Origin: a bacterium
GTDB lineage: Bacteria > Krumholzibacteriota > Krumholzibacteriia > G020349025
Assembly (NCBI GenBank): GCA_031362565.1
Contig: JANLSU010000003.1
Span: 1 to 64,000, forward strand
DNA length: 64,000 bases
Direction of reading: 5' to 3'
Program-made: the position numbers and the translations under genes
Notes under the pieces: model-generated
Seen by the model: the letters and a program-made list of their open reading frames with translations, nothing else
Databases searched by the model: none
What the model was told of the DNA's origin: nothing
Shown here: positions 49,578 through 59,954 of the stretch, in pieces
How the letters are laid out: every line of letters starts with the position of its first letter
Numbering within the stretch: position 1 is the stretch's first letter

Positions 49578-50951
49578 TTATCGCGACTCCGGAGTATTGA
49601 GATTCAACGCCGCCAACATTTCGTCGTTGGTCGTGAACTTGAACTCGTCACGTCCGAGGCGTTCGGCTGCGGCCCGTTCGAGGCGTTCGAGTTCGTTCCA
49701 CTGCGCGGCTCCGACGACCGGCTTGCCGGTGCGCTCCAAGCGCGCCTGCAACTCGGCCCAACCCGCACCGGCGCCATTCTGCGCCGGGCGTGCGGCCAAG
49801 GCCTGCAGCATGGCAAACGCCCCTTGGTTGCCGTCTTTGCGCGCCACCCCGACGAGCCCCGTACTCGGTGAGCGCGCCCATCCGGCCAGAAAAACCTGGT
49901 CGAGCGGGGCGCCCGTGCCGGGATCGAGTGCTTCGTACGAAATTCCCTCGACCGGGTACCGCGGCGCGGGATGCACCGCGAACGCATTGCGCTCGATCGC
50001 GAGCCCCAGGTCCGCGTCGACGCTATCGCCCACCGCGAACACCACCGTGTCACAGGCAATCACGCGCCGCCGGCCGGTGCCCTTTGCCTGCACGGCGTTC
50101 GCACCCTGCACGAGCACGTTATCTTCAACTTCGAGCCCAACGACGTGTCCCGACTCCCCGACGATGCGCGCCGGCGATGCCAGGAACTCGAGACGAAAGC
50201 GCGTCGCGGAATTCGGCTCCGGCGCCTTGGCCAAAGCCGCCACGATGAAGGCCCGCGCGGCGGCCACATCCTGCCCCAGGGCTTCCATCGCCGGCCGCAC
50301 CCGGCCGATTTCCGCATCGAGTGCCGCGACATCCAAGTTACGCGCCACGTATTCCATCTCGGCGCGGTCGAATTTCACTTCGGCGGGGCCGCGCCGCACC
50401 ACGGCAACCACTTCGTCGACGCGCAAATGGCGCACCAGCCAATGCGCGATGTCGAGCATGACGTTGCCGGCACCGACGATCGCCACCCGGCGTCCGATGG
50501 CATATGTACGGGCGGCGAACGGCGGCAGCAGGTTGTAGTGGTAGACGAGATCCTTCGCATGGTGCACGCCCACCAGATCCTCACCGGGCAGCCCGAGCCA
50601 CTTGGTGCCCTGTGCGCCCACGGTGACGAGCACCGCGTCGCAACCGAGCGCGCGCAGCTCGTCGAGCCGCAAGTCGCCGTGGCGTCCGACTGTGACATTG
50701 CCGAAGTACTCCACTTGCGGCGACGACAGAATCTGACGAAACTGTTTGCGCAGGCCGTCCTTCATCTTGTGCTTGGTGGGAAAGATGCCGTATTCGGCCA
50801 GGCCCCCGGGCTTGATGTCGCGATTGAAGAGCGCGACGTGCGCGCCGCGCGCCGCAAGCACCTGCGCCGCATACAAACCCGCCGGCCCGGCGCCGATGAC
50901 GGCGACACGAGCCTCCACTTGGGGCGCACTGGGGGTGCTGGCGCTCAACAA
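49578..50951 (-). CDS. FAD-dependent oxidoreductase (FprA/adrenodoxin-reductase-like ferredoxin reductase)
   Basis: IGAGPAG, GGLAEYGIFP, VGAGNVMLD, RRGP, GWAR.P.TG; TTG start after GGAGG (approximate). Confidence 0.85.
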   Translation of the reverse strand: MLSASTPSAPQVEARVAVIGAGPAGLYAAQVLAARGAHVALFNRDIKPGGLAEYGIFPTKHKMKDGLRKQFRQILSSPQVEYFGNVTVGRHGDLRLDELRALGCDAVLVTVGAQGTKWLGLPGEDLVGVHHAKDLVYHYNLLPPFAARTYAIGRRVAIVGAGNVMLDIAHWLVRHLRVDEVVAVVRRGPAEVKFDRAEMEYVARNLDVAALDAEIGRVRPAMEALGQDVAAARAFIVAALAKAPEPNSATRFRLEFLASPARIVGESGHVVGLEVEDNVLVQGANAVQAKGTGRRRVIACDTVVFAVGDSVDADLGLAIERNAFAVHPAPRYPVEGISYEALDPGTGAPLDQVFLAGWARSPSTGLVGVARKDGNQGAFAMLQALAARPAQNGAGAGWAELQARLERTGKPVVGAAQWNELERLERAAAERLGRDEFKFTTNDEMLAALNLNTPESR

Positions 50952-51100
50952 GGCCCTCCGATTCAAACTGCAACGATCGCTGGGACACGCCATCGTACTA
51001 TAATCGAGCCGCTCTGAAAGCGGTCCTCCACCGCGTGTCTCCCACCGTCCGGGACGCTTGGATCGGGGAGCCTATTCGTACCTCGAGGGGAGCCTCACAG

Positions 51101-51805
51101 ATGACACGTTTCTGCGCTGCGTTGGTCGCGATTTTGGTGCTGCAGGGCAGCGCAACGGCGGCGCCGGTCGCGAAGGCCGGCAGTTCGGTGCGCGGGGCCC
51201 GCACGCCGGACAATGCAGCGTTGCAGGAAGCTTCCTCGCCATTCGAAGATATGATCGAATTTGCGGTCGCCGCCGACACCGTGGGCATGGATCGCGCGCT
51301 GACCGCGTACGGGCGTTATGCCACCCGGGCCCGGGCTGCGCTGGGTGACCACGGTCGCGCCGGTCTCGATTCGCTCGTGGCGGTCATCCATACGGCGCGC
51401 CGCGCACACGACGGGAGCTCGGTGGCGTTTGCCGCTGCTGCCGCCTACCGGATCCTGGTCGATGGCCTGGATGAACGCACCTTGGTGGTGCCGAAAGCTG
51501 TCGCCTTGCTCGATTGGGTCGGTTTCGAGCTGGGCCTCCAAGCCGGTGCGGCATCGCCCGACTGGGTCGCAATGCAGCGCACCGGGCAAGAAGCCAATAC
51601 GCTTTGGGCGAGCGTCCGCAATCGCGTCAAGGATCATGGATTGCAAGATGTCGTGGATGCGACCTTCCGCGGCATGACGCAAGCTATCGCCGCCCATGAC
51701 GCACCGATGGCAGCGTTTGCGGCAGAGATCGATCTCGGCCTTGTGGATCTTCTCGAGGCGTACTTCACTCGCGCGAGAGCCAGCGCGCCGGCTGCAGGAA
51801 AGTGA
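51101..51805 (+). CDS. Secreted helical hypothetical protein
   Basis: GGAG SD; signal peptide; Ala-rich helical body; LDW and LVDLLE.YF motifs. Confidence 0.72.
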   Translation: MTRFCAALVAILVLQGSATAAPVAKAGSSVRGARTPDNAALQEASSPFEDMIEFAVAADTVGMDRALTAYGRYATRARAALGDHGRAGLDSLVAVIHTARRAHDGSSVAFAAAAAYRILVDGLDERTLVVPKAVALLDWVGFELGLQAGAASPDWVAMQRTGQEANTLWASVRNRVKDHGLQDVVDATFRGMTQAIAAHDAPMAAFAAEIDLGLVDLLEAYFTRARASAPAAGK

Positions 51806-51874
51806 CGAGTCACCGTTCCCGGCGTCCTGCTGGCGCACCCTTGGCAGGCCTGCTAGCCTGCCAAGTGGAGGACA

Positions 51875-52651
51875 ATGACGTTTCCTGATTTCAACGGCCG
51901 GCGCGCGTTGGTCACCGGCGCGACGAGCGGCATCGGCCGCGCGACCGCGCTCGCCATCGCACGGGCCGGCGGCACGGTCATGGCGACCGGCCGTAGCGCC
52001 GCAGCGCTCGATCACCTGATGCGCGAGCCGGCCGGCACGTCCGGACGCCTCGCCATTTGCGCCGGCGACCTCACCGACGAATCGTTTCGCGCCGCCCTCA
52101 TCACGCGCGCCATCGCCGAGTTCGGTGGGCTCGACGTGCTGGTCAATGCCGCCGGCATCATTCAGAGCGCCGACTGGAAAGCCACCACGCTCGAATCCTG
52201 GGACCGGATGTTCGATATCAACCTGCGGAGCGTCTTCGCGCTGACACAACACGCTTTGCCGCATCTGATCGAGTCGCGCGGCGCCATCGTCAACGTGAGC
52301 AGCGTGACGGGTCCGCGGGCTTTTCCCGGCGTTCTCGCCTATTGCGTCAGCAAAGCCGGCGTCGATCAACTGACACGCTGTTTGGCGCTCGAGCTCGCGC
52401 CGCTCGGGGTGCGCGTCAACGCCGTCAATCCCGGCGTCGTGCGCACCAACTTGCACCGCAACGGCGGCATGGAAGAAACGCGTTACGCAGCGTTCCTCGA
52501 GCACAGCAAGACGACCCATCCGATGGGGCGAATCGGCGAGCCCGAGGAAGTCGCCCAGCTCATCGGCTTCTTGGCGTCCGATTCGGCCGGTTGGATCACC
52601 GGCGAGACGATCGCCATCGATGGCGGCCGCGCCCAGACCTGCGCCCGCTAG
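51875..52651 (+). CDS. Short-chain dehydrogenase/reductase
   Basis: TGATSGIG, VNAAG, NVSS, YCVSK, VNPG. Confidence 0.95.
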   Translation: MTFPDFNGRRALVTGATSGIGRATALAIARAGGTVMATGRSAAALDHLMREPAGTSGRLAICAGDLTDESFRAALITRAIAEFGGLDVLVNAAGIIQSADWKATTLESWDRMFDINLRSVFALTQHALPHLIESRGAIVNVSSVTGPRAFPGVLAYCVSKAGVDQLTRCLALELAPLGVRVNAVNPGVVRTNLHRNGGMEETRYAAFLEHSKTTHPMGRIGEPEEVAQLIGFLASDSAGWITGETIAIDGGRAQTCAR

Positions 52652-52666
52652 GGAGGTCTAACCGCG

Positions 52667-53347
52667 ATGATTCCACTGCGCGACGCGCAAAAGACCCAGT
52701 CGTTTCCCATCGTCAACATCACGTTCATCGCCATCAACATCTGCGTCTTCTTGTACGAGATGTCGCTCGGGCGCAACCTCGAGGGATTCATCCAGTCCGC
52801 GGCTTTCGTACCGGCGGATTTCTTCCAGCCCGGCAACGTCGTCGCCGACGCGCGGTCGGTGTTCGTGTCCATGTTCTTGCATGGCGGCTGGATGCATTTG
52901 ATCGGCAACATGCTCTACCTGTGGATCTTCGGCGACAACATCGAGGACCGGCTCGGGCATGTGAAGTACGTGGTGTTCTACGTCCTGTGCGGCTGGGCGG
53001 CGACGCTGGCCCATGGCTTCGCCGCCATGTCGTCGCAAGTGCCGGCGATTGGTGCGAGCGGTGCCATCGCCGGGGTGCTCGGCGCTTACCTGTTGCTTTT
53101 CCCGCACGGCCGCGTGCTGACCCTCGTCCCGTTCGGTCTCTTCACGCAGATTCGCGAGCTGCCGGCGATCTTGGTGCTGGGAATGTGGTTCGTGCTGCAG
53201 TTCTTCAGTGGCATCTTGAGCCTTGGCGCCCGTGAACAAACGGGCGTTGCCTGGTGGGCGCACATCGGCGGTTTCGTGGCCGGCATGATCCTGATCAAAG
53301 TCATGAGGGCCCGCCAGGCACCGCCGCCGGAGCGCGGGTTCTTCTGA
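52667..53347 (+). CDS. Rhomboid intramembrane serine protease
   Basis: MFLHGG.MHL.GNM, GASG, AHIGGF. Confidence 0.95.
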   Translation: MIPLRDAQKTQSFPIVNITFIAINICVFLYEMSLGRNLEGFIQSAAFVPADFFQPGNVVADARSVFVSMFLHGGWMHLIGNMLYLWIFGDNIEDRLGHVKYVVFYVLCGWAATLAHGFAAMSSQVPAIGASGAIAGVLGAYLLLFPHGRVLTLVPFGLFTQIRELPAILVLGMWFVLQFFSGILSLGAREQTGVAWWAHIGGFVAGMILIKVMRARQAPPPERGFF

Positions 53348-53755
53348 TCAGGGCCCGAAGGCCTTCTTGAGCACGCCGATCTGCCCCGAGTGATACAACT
53401 CGTGATCGACGATGCCGTGCAGCATGGTCGCGAACGCCGTCCCCGTGCCGAGCGCCGGATCCGGCGGCCCGCCGACGATTTGCGGCAGACGGGCCGGATC
53501 GAACTCTTGCAACGCCCCGATCAGTGCGGCGTGGATGCTTTCGTGCGCCGCGAGCATCTTGTCCCAAGCCGCCGGACTTGCATCCCGCACCTCGGGCCAA
53601 TCACCTTCGGCGGGCAACGCGGGCTTCGCACCGGCCTTCAGGCGGCGCAGCACTTCACCCTGCCAGGCGTTCATGTGCAGGAGAATCTCCCAAATCGAGT
53701 GCGCTGTTGGAATCGGCCGCGCCGCGGCTTGCGCGGCCGTGATCCCGGCGAGCAC
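53348..53755 (-). CDS. DinB-family protein, apparently N-terminally truncated
   Basis: AAARP...HSIWEILLH, DWP, HELYHSGQI; the only in-frame start near the domain is GTG 53755. Confidence 0.75.
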   Translation of the reverse strand: MLAGITAAQAAARPIPTAHSIWEILLHMNAWQGEVLRRLKAGAKPALPAEGDWPEVRDASPAAWDKMLAAHESIHAALIGALQEFDPARLPQIVGGPPDPALGTGTAFATMLHGIVDHELYHSGQIGVLKKAFGP

Positions 53756-53930
53756 CGCGCCTTGGGCATGCAGCCTCTTGATGCACCCCCGCGACGCCGG
53801 CGGCGGCCTGGCGTAAGATGCGCCGCGGGCTCGCTCGCTTGGCCAAGGGGTGACTGGCGCTCGCGCCGTCCAGGGCCCACGGCCTCCGCACCCGCGAACC
53901 AAGGCCTCGCCGCGCCAGGAGTCGATTCGC

Positions 53931-54821
53931 ATGCGTCTGAGATTCGCCGCCGCGCTCGCCGCTGCGGTCTTGGCTTGTGCCGGCCGTGCCGCGGCGCAAG
54001 CGGTCATCCCCAACCAAATGCACAACTCGTTCACCTTCGAATTGCATAGCGTCAAAGACGAAGTGCTCGTGTACGAAGGCGATCCGCAGTACCTCCTCAA
54101 GGCCGACATCCAACCGGTCAACACGCTCTATCCGCGCATCGAATTCACCAACGCCAACCAGGTAGTCGTGCTGCGAATACGCGATTTGTCGCTCTTCGAC
54201 GTCGCGACGATCGATTCGGCGCGCGCCGCGGAGGACGCCGAACTGGGCATCCACGATGATCAGATGGACAAACCGCCATTGTCGCAAGTGTGGGAAGTGC
54301 AGCTCGCGCCGGCTTGCGGCGGCGACTATGTATTGCAGTGCGACGGCGGCAAGGGCGTGTTCGATTTTACGGACCTGCCGGTGCAAATGGTCCAGCTCAT
54401 GGCCGACACGACAAACGTGCAGGTGGCGTTCAAGCGCCCGAATCCCACCGTACTCGAACGCTTCAAGCTCACAGTGCGCGCCGGCAAGGTGCAATTCGAA
54501 TCTTTTCTGAACGCCCGCGCCAAGTCGACGACGCTGCAACTCGACAACTCCGACTGCACACTCGACTTCACCGGCACGCCGTTCACCGGCGATTGCGAGG
54601 TATTCTTCGAGGGCGAACCCAAGCGCTTGCGCATCACCGTACCGCACAACACCGGTTTGCATGTCGAAGGCCCATCGGCGATCGTAACCCGGTTCGACCG
54701 GGCCGGAATGGCCGTCGTAGGCTCGGCACTCGAAACCGCCGACTTCGCTGTCCAGCGCTGCAAACTGCGGTTGTATTTTTCGCAGCCGCTACCGAAGTTC
54801 GAGATCCACTGGTCCGAATGA
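53931..54821 (+). CDS. Secreted hypothetical protein (beta-rich, toast-rack/LiaF-like, tentative)
   Basis: AGGAG SD; signal peptide ending AAAQA; repeated short beta strands (GKGVFDFT, CTLDFTG). Confidence 0.72.
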   Translation: MRLRFAAALAAAVLACAGRAAAQAVIPNQMHNSFTFELHSVKDEVLVYEGDPQYLLKADIQPVNTLYPRIEFTNANQVVVLRIRDLSLFDVATIDSARAAEDAELGIHDDQMDKPPLSQVWEVQLAPACGGDYVLQCDGGKGVFDFTDLPVQMVQLMADTTNVQVAFKRPNPTVLERFKLTVRAGKVQFESFLNARAKSTTLQLDNSDCTLDFTGTPFTGDCEVFFEGEPKRLRITVPHNTGLHVEGPSAIVTRFDRAGMAVVGSALETADFAVQRCKLRLYFSQPLPKFEIHWSE

Positions 54822-54858
54822 CGCGCTCCTCGAGCCACGCCGCTTCTTGGAGGGACAA

Positions 54859-55920
54859 ATGCCGCACAACGAGTGGACCGGCGCCGCGCGCTGGCTCGTG
54901 CCCCTGGTGCTGTTCGCCACCGTGCTCGTGGTCGGCGTGCTGCTGCGCGCCCTTGCCATGCGCGGCCTCGACCGCTGGTCCAAGAGCACGACGACGCGCG
55001 CCGACGATCTCGTGGTCGCCGCCATCCGTTGGCCCTCGTACCTTTGGATCTTGATCCTGGCGACCATTGCCGCGCTGCACACGATCGACCTCCCGGGCGA
55101 GCAGGCTGACATGGCGGTGCGGCGCGGGCTCGAGGCGCTGCTCGAGCTTTCGGTCACCATCGGCTTGGCGCGCCTGCTGGGCGAACTGGTCCAGAATTCC
55201 CGCAACGACCTGCCGCCGCACCTCGCAATCGCTTCGACCGGATTGCTCCGCACGATCGTCCGGGTGGGCACGGTCATCGTCGGGATCCTGGTCATGCTGG
55301 GGACACTCGGCATCAACATCGCGCCGATTCTGGGCGCGCTCGGCGTCGGCGGCCTGGCAGCCGGCCTGGCATTGCAGCCGACGCTGTCGAATCTCTTTGC
55401 TGGTTTTCAGATCGCCGTGACCAAGCAGGTGCGGGTCGGGCATCGCATTCGCCTGGCGAGCGGTGAAGAGGGCTACGTCACGGACATCGCCTGGCGCACG
55501 ACGACTTTGCGCACCCCTACGAACCACCTGGTGATCATTCCGAATTCCAAATTCGCGGACAGCATCATGACCAACTTCAATCTGCCCGATCCGCCGGTCA
55601 GTATCGTCGTGCCGCTCACGGTCGCGTACGATTCCGACCTACGGCGGGTCGAATCGGTGTTGCTGGCGGAGACCGAGCGGCTGGTGGCCGAGCTGCCGCA
55701 GCTCGTGAACGACTTCGAACCCGTGGTGCGTTTTCTGGCGTTCGGGGAGTCGGGCGTGCAGTTCAACGTCACGGTACGGGCGCACGACTTCGAGTCCCAG
55801 TATGGCGCTTGGAACGAGATCTACCAGCGGTTGATCGAATGCCTGCGGCGGGAAAACATCGCCATTCCATTTCCGACCCGCAACGTCTATCTGCGCGGCG
55901 AGGTGCCACCGCGGGCGTAG
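54859..55920 (+). CDS. MscS-family mechanosensitive channel
   Basis: LGVGGLAAGLALQ.TLSNLFAG, EGYV.DI.WRTT, IPNS, IPFP. Confidence 0.93.
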   Translation: MPHNEWTGAARWLVPLVLFATVLVVGVLLRALAMRGLDRWSKSTTTRADDLVVAAIRWPSYLWILILATIAALHTIDLPGEQADMAVRRGLEALLELSVTIGLARLLGELVQNSRNDLPPHLAIASTGLLRTIVRVGTVIVGILVMLGTLGINIAPILGALGVGGLAAGLALQPTLSNLFAGFQIAVTKQVRVGHRIRLASGEEGYVTDIAWRTTTLRTPTNHLVIIPNSKFADSIMTNFNLPDPPVSIVVPLTVAYDSDLRRVESVLLAETERLVAELPQLVNDFEPVVRFLAFGESGVQFNVTVRAHDFESQYGAWNEIYQRLIECLRRENIAIPFPTRNVYLRGEVPPRA

Positions 55921-55941
55921 GACGTGCGCCGGGGGCCCCGG

Positions 55942-56457
55942 TCAGGGCGCGACGACGGTGAGCGTGATGGGCTGGGACGTGAAGTGGGCGTGCACTTCGT
56001 GCCACATCGCCACGGTCATGCTCGTGGTCCCCACCTTCTTGCCCGTGATGTTGAAGCGCCAGCGCAAAGCGGGGTCACGCGTCACGGTGGCCAGCGTCGG
56101 GTCGAGCATCTCGACTTCGAAACGCATGATGTCGCAGTCGTTGGCGATGTGAAGCGGCACGGCGTTCTGATCGAGAAACGTCACCTCGATCGCTTGCGGC
56201 GCGGCGTCCTTGACGATCGACATGCTGCCCCTGGTGTGGAACCCGAACTGATAGAAAACTTCGCTGTCGTTCGACACCAAGTCGACGCCGCCGGCGAATT
56301 CGATATGGCCGCAGATGCCATTGTCGACTGCGGGGCCTGAAGGTCCACTCCCGCAGCCGGAGGCCAGAAGCAACGCCGCGAGACCGGCGCCGGCGATCGT
56401 CCGCCATACGATGCGACGCAAGGAGCGCGTCCGGGGCTGGGTCGACGTGGCGTGCAT
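55942..56457 (-). CDS. Hypothetical lipoprotein with C-terminal His motif
   Basis: Lipobox ASGC; CGHIE near the N-terminus; WHEVHAHF near the C-terminus. Confidence 0.75.
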   Translation of the reverse strand: MHATSTQPRTRSLRRIVWRTIAGAGLAALLLASGCGSGPSGPAVDNGICGHIEFAGGVDLVSNDSEVFYQFGFHTRGSMSIVKDAAPQAIEVTFLDQNAVPLHIANDCDIMRFEVEMLDPTLATVTRDPALRWRFNITGKKVGTTSMTVAMWHEVHAHFTSQPITLTVVAP

Positions 56458-56566
56458 GGTGGACCCTCGATCGGCTACGGAACGTCTGCGGCCCGCGCCG
56501 GCTTGGCGCCGGACCACTGGACCCTGTCAGTATAACCTCTGACCTCGCGGGGGTCCACCGCCGCCC

Positions 56567-58351
56567 TCAGGGGGAGGTGGCGCAACTCGCTTCCACGAGC
56601 TTCTGCAGGGTCGGCAACGTCACGGCGCCGTTCCGCAGCACCGTGTCATGAAAGGCCCGGATGTCGAAGCGCTCCCCCATCGAGGCCTTGCAGCGCTCGC
56701 GCAGGCGCAGAATTTCCAACTGCCCGAGCTTGTAAGCCAGCGCCTGTCCAGGCCAAGTGATGTAGCGATCGACCTCGTTGACGATGTTGTTCTCGGCCAG
56801 TGCGGTGTGCGCCAGCATGAAATCGATGGCCTGCTGGCGGCTCCAGCCCATCGCGTGCATGCCGGTGTCGACGACCAGCCGGCAAGCGCGCCAGGCATCG
56901 AAGCTCAACATGCCGATGCGATCCAAGTCGCTCGAATACAAACCCATCTCGTTCGCGAGCCGTTCGGAATAGAGTCCCCAGCCTTCGACGAACGCGGTGC
57001 ATCCCAAGTGCTTGCGAAACTCCGGTACGCCGGTCAGCTCTTGCGCGATGGCAATCTGCAAATGATGCCCCGGCACGGACTCGTGAAACGCCAGCACCTC
57101 GGCCTCGTACTTCGGCCGCGTCTCGGGCGCGTAGGTATTGATGTAGTAGCGCCCCGGGCGCGAGCCGTCGATCGCCGGCTGGCGGTAGTAGGCGATCGTC
57201 GAGTTCACTTCTTCGTGCGCTTCGATGCGCGTCACTTCACACGCGGTGCGCGGTTGAATGTTGAACCATTTCGGGACCGCCGCCTGAGCCCGCGCTAGCG
57301 TCGTTGCCGCCTTCGCCGCGACTTCATCGCGGCTGCTGAAGTGGAGCGCCGGGTCGGTGCGCAACCGCCGCAAGATCTCGGCGTGGTCGGTTGTGCCGAG
57401 CACTTTGGCGCCGAGTTCGGTCATTTCGCGATCGATGCGCTCGACTTCCTGCAGGCCGATCTTGTGAATGCGGTCGGGGGCGAGATCGAGCGAGGTTTGG
57501 ATCCGGGCGAGAGTGCGATACGCTTCGGCCCCACCGGGCAGATTGACGAGCCCTACTTTGTCCTGCGGGCGCGCCACGGGCAGGACCTCGGCGTGGAGGA
57601 ACTCGCGGTACCTCGCGAACGCCGGCCGCACGCCGGTATCGATCGCCGCCTGCAAGTCCTTGGCAAAGTTCTCGCGATCTGCCGGGCTCCATTCGGCGGG
57701 CAAGGTGTGCGCCGGTTCCATGAGCGCCCATTCGGATGTCGGTTGGGCCGCGAGCGCATCCAGTTCACTCACGACGCGTTCGACCTGCGATGCGGTCGCC
57801 ACACGCTTCTCGGCCATACCACGCCGCAAGTTCGCCATGAGATCGTCCACCCACGGTCCCATCGCCCGCCAGCGCTTGACGAGCGCGCGCGCCTCGGCCT
57901 TGGTCCGCAGCGGCTGTTGCGATGGGATGTTGAAAAACGCGACCTGCGGGCCATCGAGCGGATCGACGTTCCAGGCGACGAGGTCACACGCGAGCCGGTG
58001 GAGATCGTCTTCGATCGCCTGGTGCAGCATGTCACGATTGACGCGGTCGGCTTCCGACAACACTTCGGGCGCGATCAGGCCGACGCGGTTCTGCAGTGCT
58101 TCGAGCCGGAGGCGCTCTTTCTTGCGGCCCGCGGCGGTGATCTCGGAAAGCCGCTCGTCGAAGCGCCGGTCGCCGAGCGATGTCGCATCGACGGGATTCG
58201 CTTGCTGATGCGCGTTCCAATAGTCGGCGCAGACCGCTGTCAGCTGTCCGGCCGCGGTGGTCGCGATGCCGGCGGCAGCGGCGACGGCAGGACGGCCGGC
58301 GCCCCAACTCACGACGACGGCGATCGCTAGTGTCTTCGAAATCCAAGTCAT
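56567..58351 (-). CDS. DUF885 family protein (putative metallopeptidase)
   Basis: [55 protein letters not shown]. Confidence 0.93.
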   Translation of the reverse strand: MTWISKTLAIAVVVSWGAGRPAVAAAAGIATTAAGQLTAVCADYWNAHQQANPVDATSLGDRRFDERLSEITAAGRKKERLRLEALQNRVGLIAPEVLSEADRVNRDMLHQAIEDDLHRLACDLVAWNVDPLDGPQVAFFNIPSQQPLRTKAEARALVKRWRAMGPWVDDLMANLRRGMAEKRVATASQVERVVSELDALAAQPTSEWALMEPAHTLPAEWSPADRENFAKDLQAAIDTGVRPAFARYREFLHAEVLPVARPQDKVGLVNLPGGAEAYRTLARIQTSLDLAPDRIHKIGLQEVERIDREMTELGAKVLGTTDHAEILRRLRTDPALHFSSRDEVAAKAATTLARAQAAVPKWFNIQPRTACEVTRIEAHEEVNSTIAYYRQPAIDGSRPGRYYINTYAPETRPKYEAEVLAFHESVPGHHLQIAIAQELTGVPEFRKHLGCTAFVEGWGLYSERLANEMGLYSSDLDRIGMLSFDAWRACRLVVDTGMHAMGWSRQQAIDFMLAHTALAENNIVNEVDRYITWPGQALAYKLGQLEILRLRERCKASMGERFDIRAFHDTVLRNGAVTLPTLQKLVEASCATSP

Positions 58352-59793
58352 GACACCTCTCTCTTGTGTCCGGACGTGGGCTCGACAGCCGGGCCGCCGA
58401 GGTCTCGCACCGCTTCGCCGTGCGGTCCACAATCCGGGTCCTGGACCTTGGCGGGCGCCGACTGGGTGGCCTGTTCGACTCGCACTTCGTAGCTCCGCCC
58501 ATCGGATACGAACGACGTGTTGTACTGCTTCGAGAGTTCTGGATGCTCCGGATCGCGCGGCCGGCCGAGTGCCGGCGCGTCATCCACCACGAAAACGTCG
58601 GCGCCCACGTCACGGGCCCGGCCGATGGATTGCGCCACGGCACCCGCGAGACCATCCGCCGGATCCCAGCTATAGGCCGTGTTCGGCACGAACGCGACGC
58701 GCGGACTCAGGGTCTGAATCCACCCCAAACTGGTCGCGTTCGACAACCCGTGGTGGTGCAGCTTCGCGAAATTGACTTCCAGTTCGGGCGCCGGGAACGC
58801 ATCGAGCATGCTCGCTTCGGCCGCGACTTCGGAGTCGCCGCCGATGACGAACCGCACGTCGCCGTAGGTGAATTGCAGGACGATCGACTCGTTGTTGATA
58901 TCCGTGCCGCCGATATCGGTTGTTGCCCTGTAGCCCGCCGGGGTGCCGGCATTCAAGACCCGGATGGTCACCAAGTCGTCCCAGCGCAGCTCGAAGACGT
59001 TCGAGGAGCTGTCGAACCGGTGCAGAACGACGCGTATCCGCCCCTGAGCCGCCAGCGTCCGCAACAATTCGTCATACGCGAAACTATTCTGCGACTGGCT
59101 ATTCTTCGGCCCGGAATCGAAGAACACGGCGCCGGGAAACGCGGCGGCGACCCCATCCGTGATCAATCCCGACGACCCGAGCTCTCCACCCAGGTGATCG
59201 ATATGGGTGTGGGTCGCGAGCATCGCGTACATCTGTGTGACACTATGGTCGCGCAGGTAGGTCTTCACCGACTGTTCGGCGAGGCGCGTTCCACCATCGA
59301 TGAGAATATGCCGCCCGCTCGACGGCATGGTGAGCAGATGGCTGTCGCCGAAACCGATGTGGATCATGGTCGAGATCAAGAGATTTGCGGTGGGGGCCGT
59401 CGTGGCGATAAAACTATCGACCGGCGAGTAGCCGGTGGGCGCGCCGCTCACTTGGTTCACGACCTGGTAATAGGTCTTCCGGCCTGGCGCGAGATCGAGC
59501 AACGCGACCGAATGGTCGCGCGTCGACGCCCGGTCGAGGCGCTGCGCCGCATCCGGGTACGCCATGTGGTCGAAGACCGGGTTCGAAAACCTGAACGCGT
59601 AACGCACACTGCCACGGGCCGCTTTGTCGGTCTGCCACAAGATACGATTGGCGTCGACATGGACGCCGCTGCTCACCGCCGGCGGCGGTCCAACCGGGGC
59701 CACCGTCTTGTCGGCGCACGCGCCGATGATGCCGGCGGCAACTGCGAGACCACACAGGACGACGCGCGTCCGCAGGGAAAATGCTGGTGACAT
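58348..59793 (-). CDS. Lipoprotein with FN3-like domain and ComEC/Rec2-type MBL hydrolase domain
   Basis: Lipobox IGAC; IGFGDS, IDGG, THTHIDH, NNESIV, GGD, HHG. Confidence 0.85.
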   Translation of the reverse strand: MSPAFSLRTRVVLCGLAVAAGIIGACADKTVAPVGPPPAVSSGVHVDANRILWQTDKAARGSVRYAFRFSNPVFDHMAYPDAAQRLDRASTRDHSVALLDLAPGRKTYYQVVNQVSGAPTGYSPVDSFIATTAPTANLLISTMIHIGFGDSHLLTMPSSGRHILIDGGTRLAEQSVKTYLRDHSVTQMYAMLATHTHIDHLGGELGSSGLITDGVAAAFPGAVFFDSGPKNSQSQNSFAYDELLRTLAAQGRIRVVLHRFDSSSNVFELRWDDLVTIRVLNAGTPAGYRATTDIGGTDINNESIVLQFTYGDVRFVIGGDSEVAAEASMLDAFPAPELEVNFAKLHHHGLSNATSLGWIQTLSPRVAFVPNTAYSWDPADGLAGAVAQSIGRARDVGADVFVVDDAPALGRPRDPEHPELSKQYNTSFVSDGRSYEVRVEQATQSAPAKVQDPDCGPHGEAVRDLGGPAVEPTSGHKREVS

Positions 59794-59954
59794 CGAAGCT
59801 CGGTCCCTTCACGGGAGGCCGCGTTCTCGGGGGGAGATTTCAGCGCGCCGTGCCGTGCCCGGCGCGCGCCAAGGAGTCTACTCCTCCGCGACGAACGAAT
59901 GCGACGCCCCTCGGGCGGCGGCGATGATTCAGGCCGTGGTCAGCCGTTCGGGCG

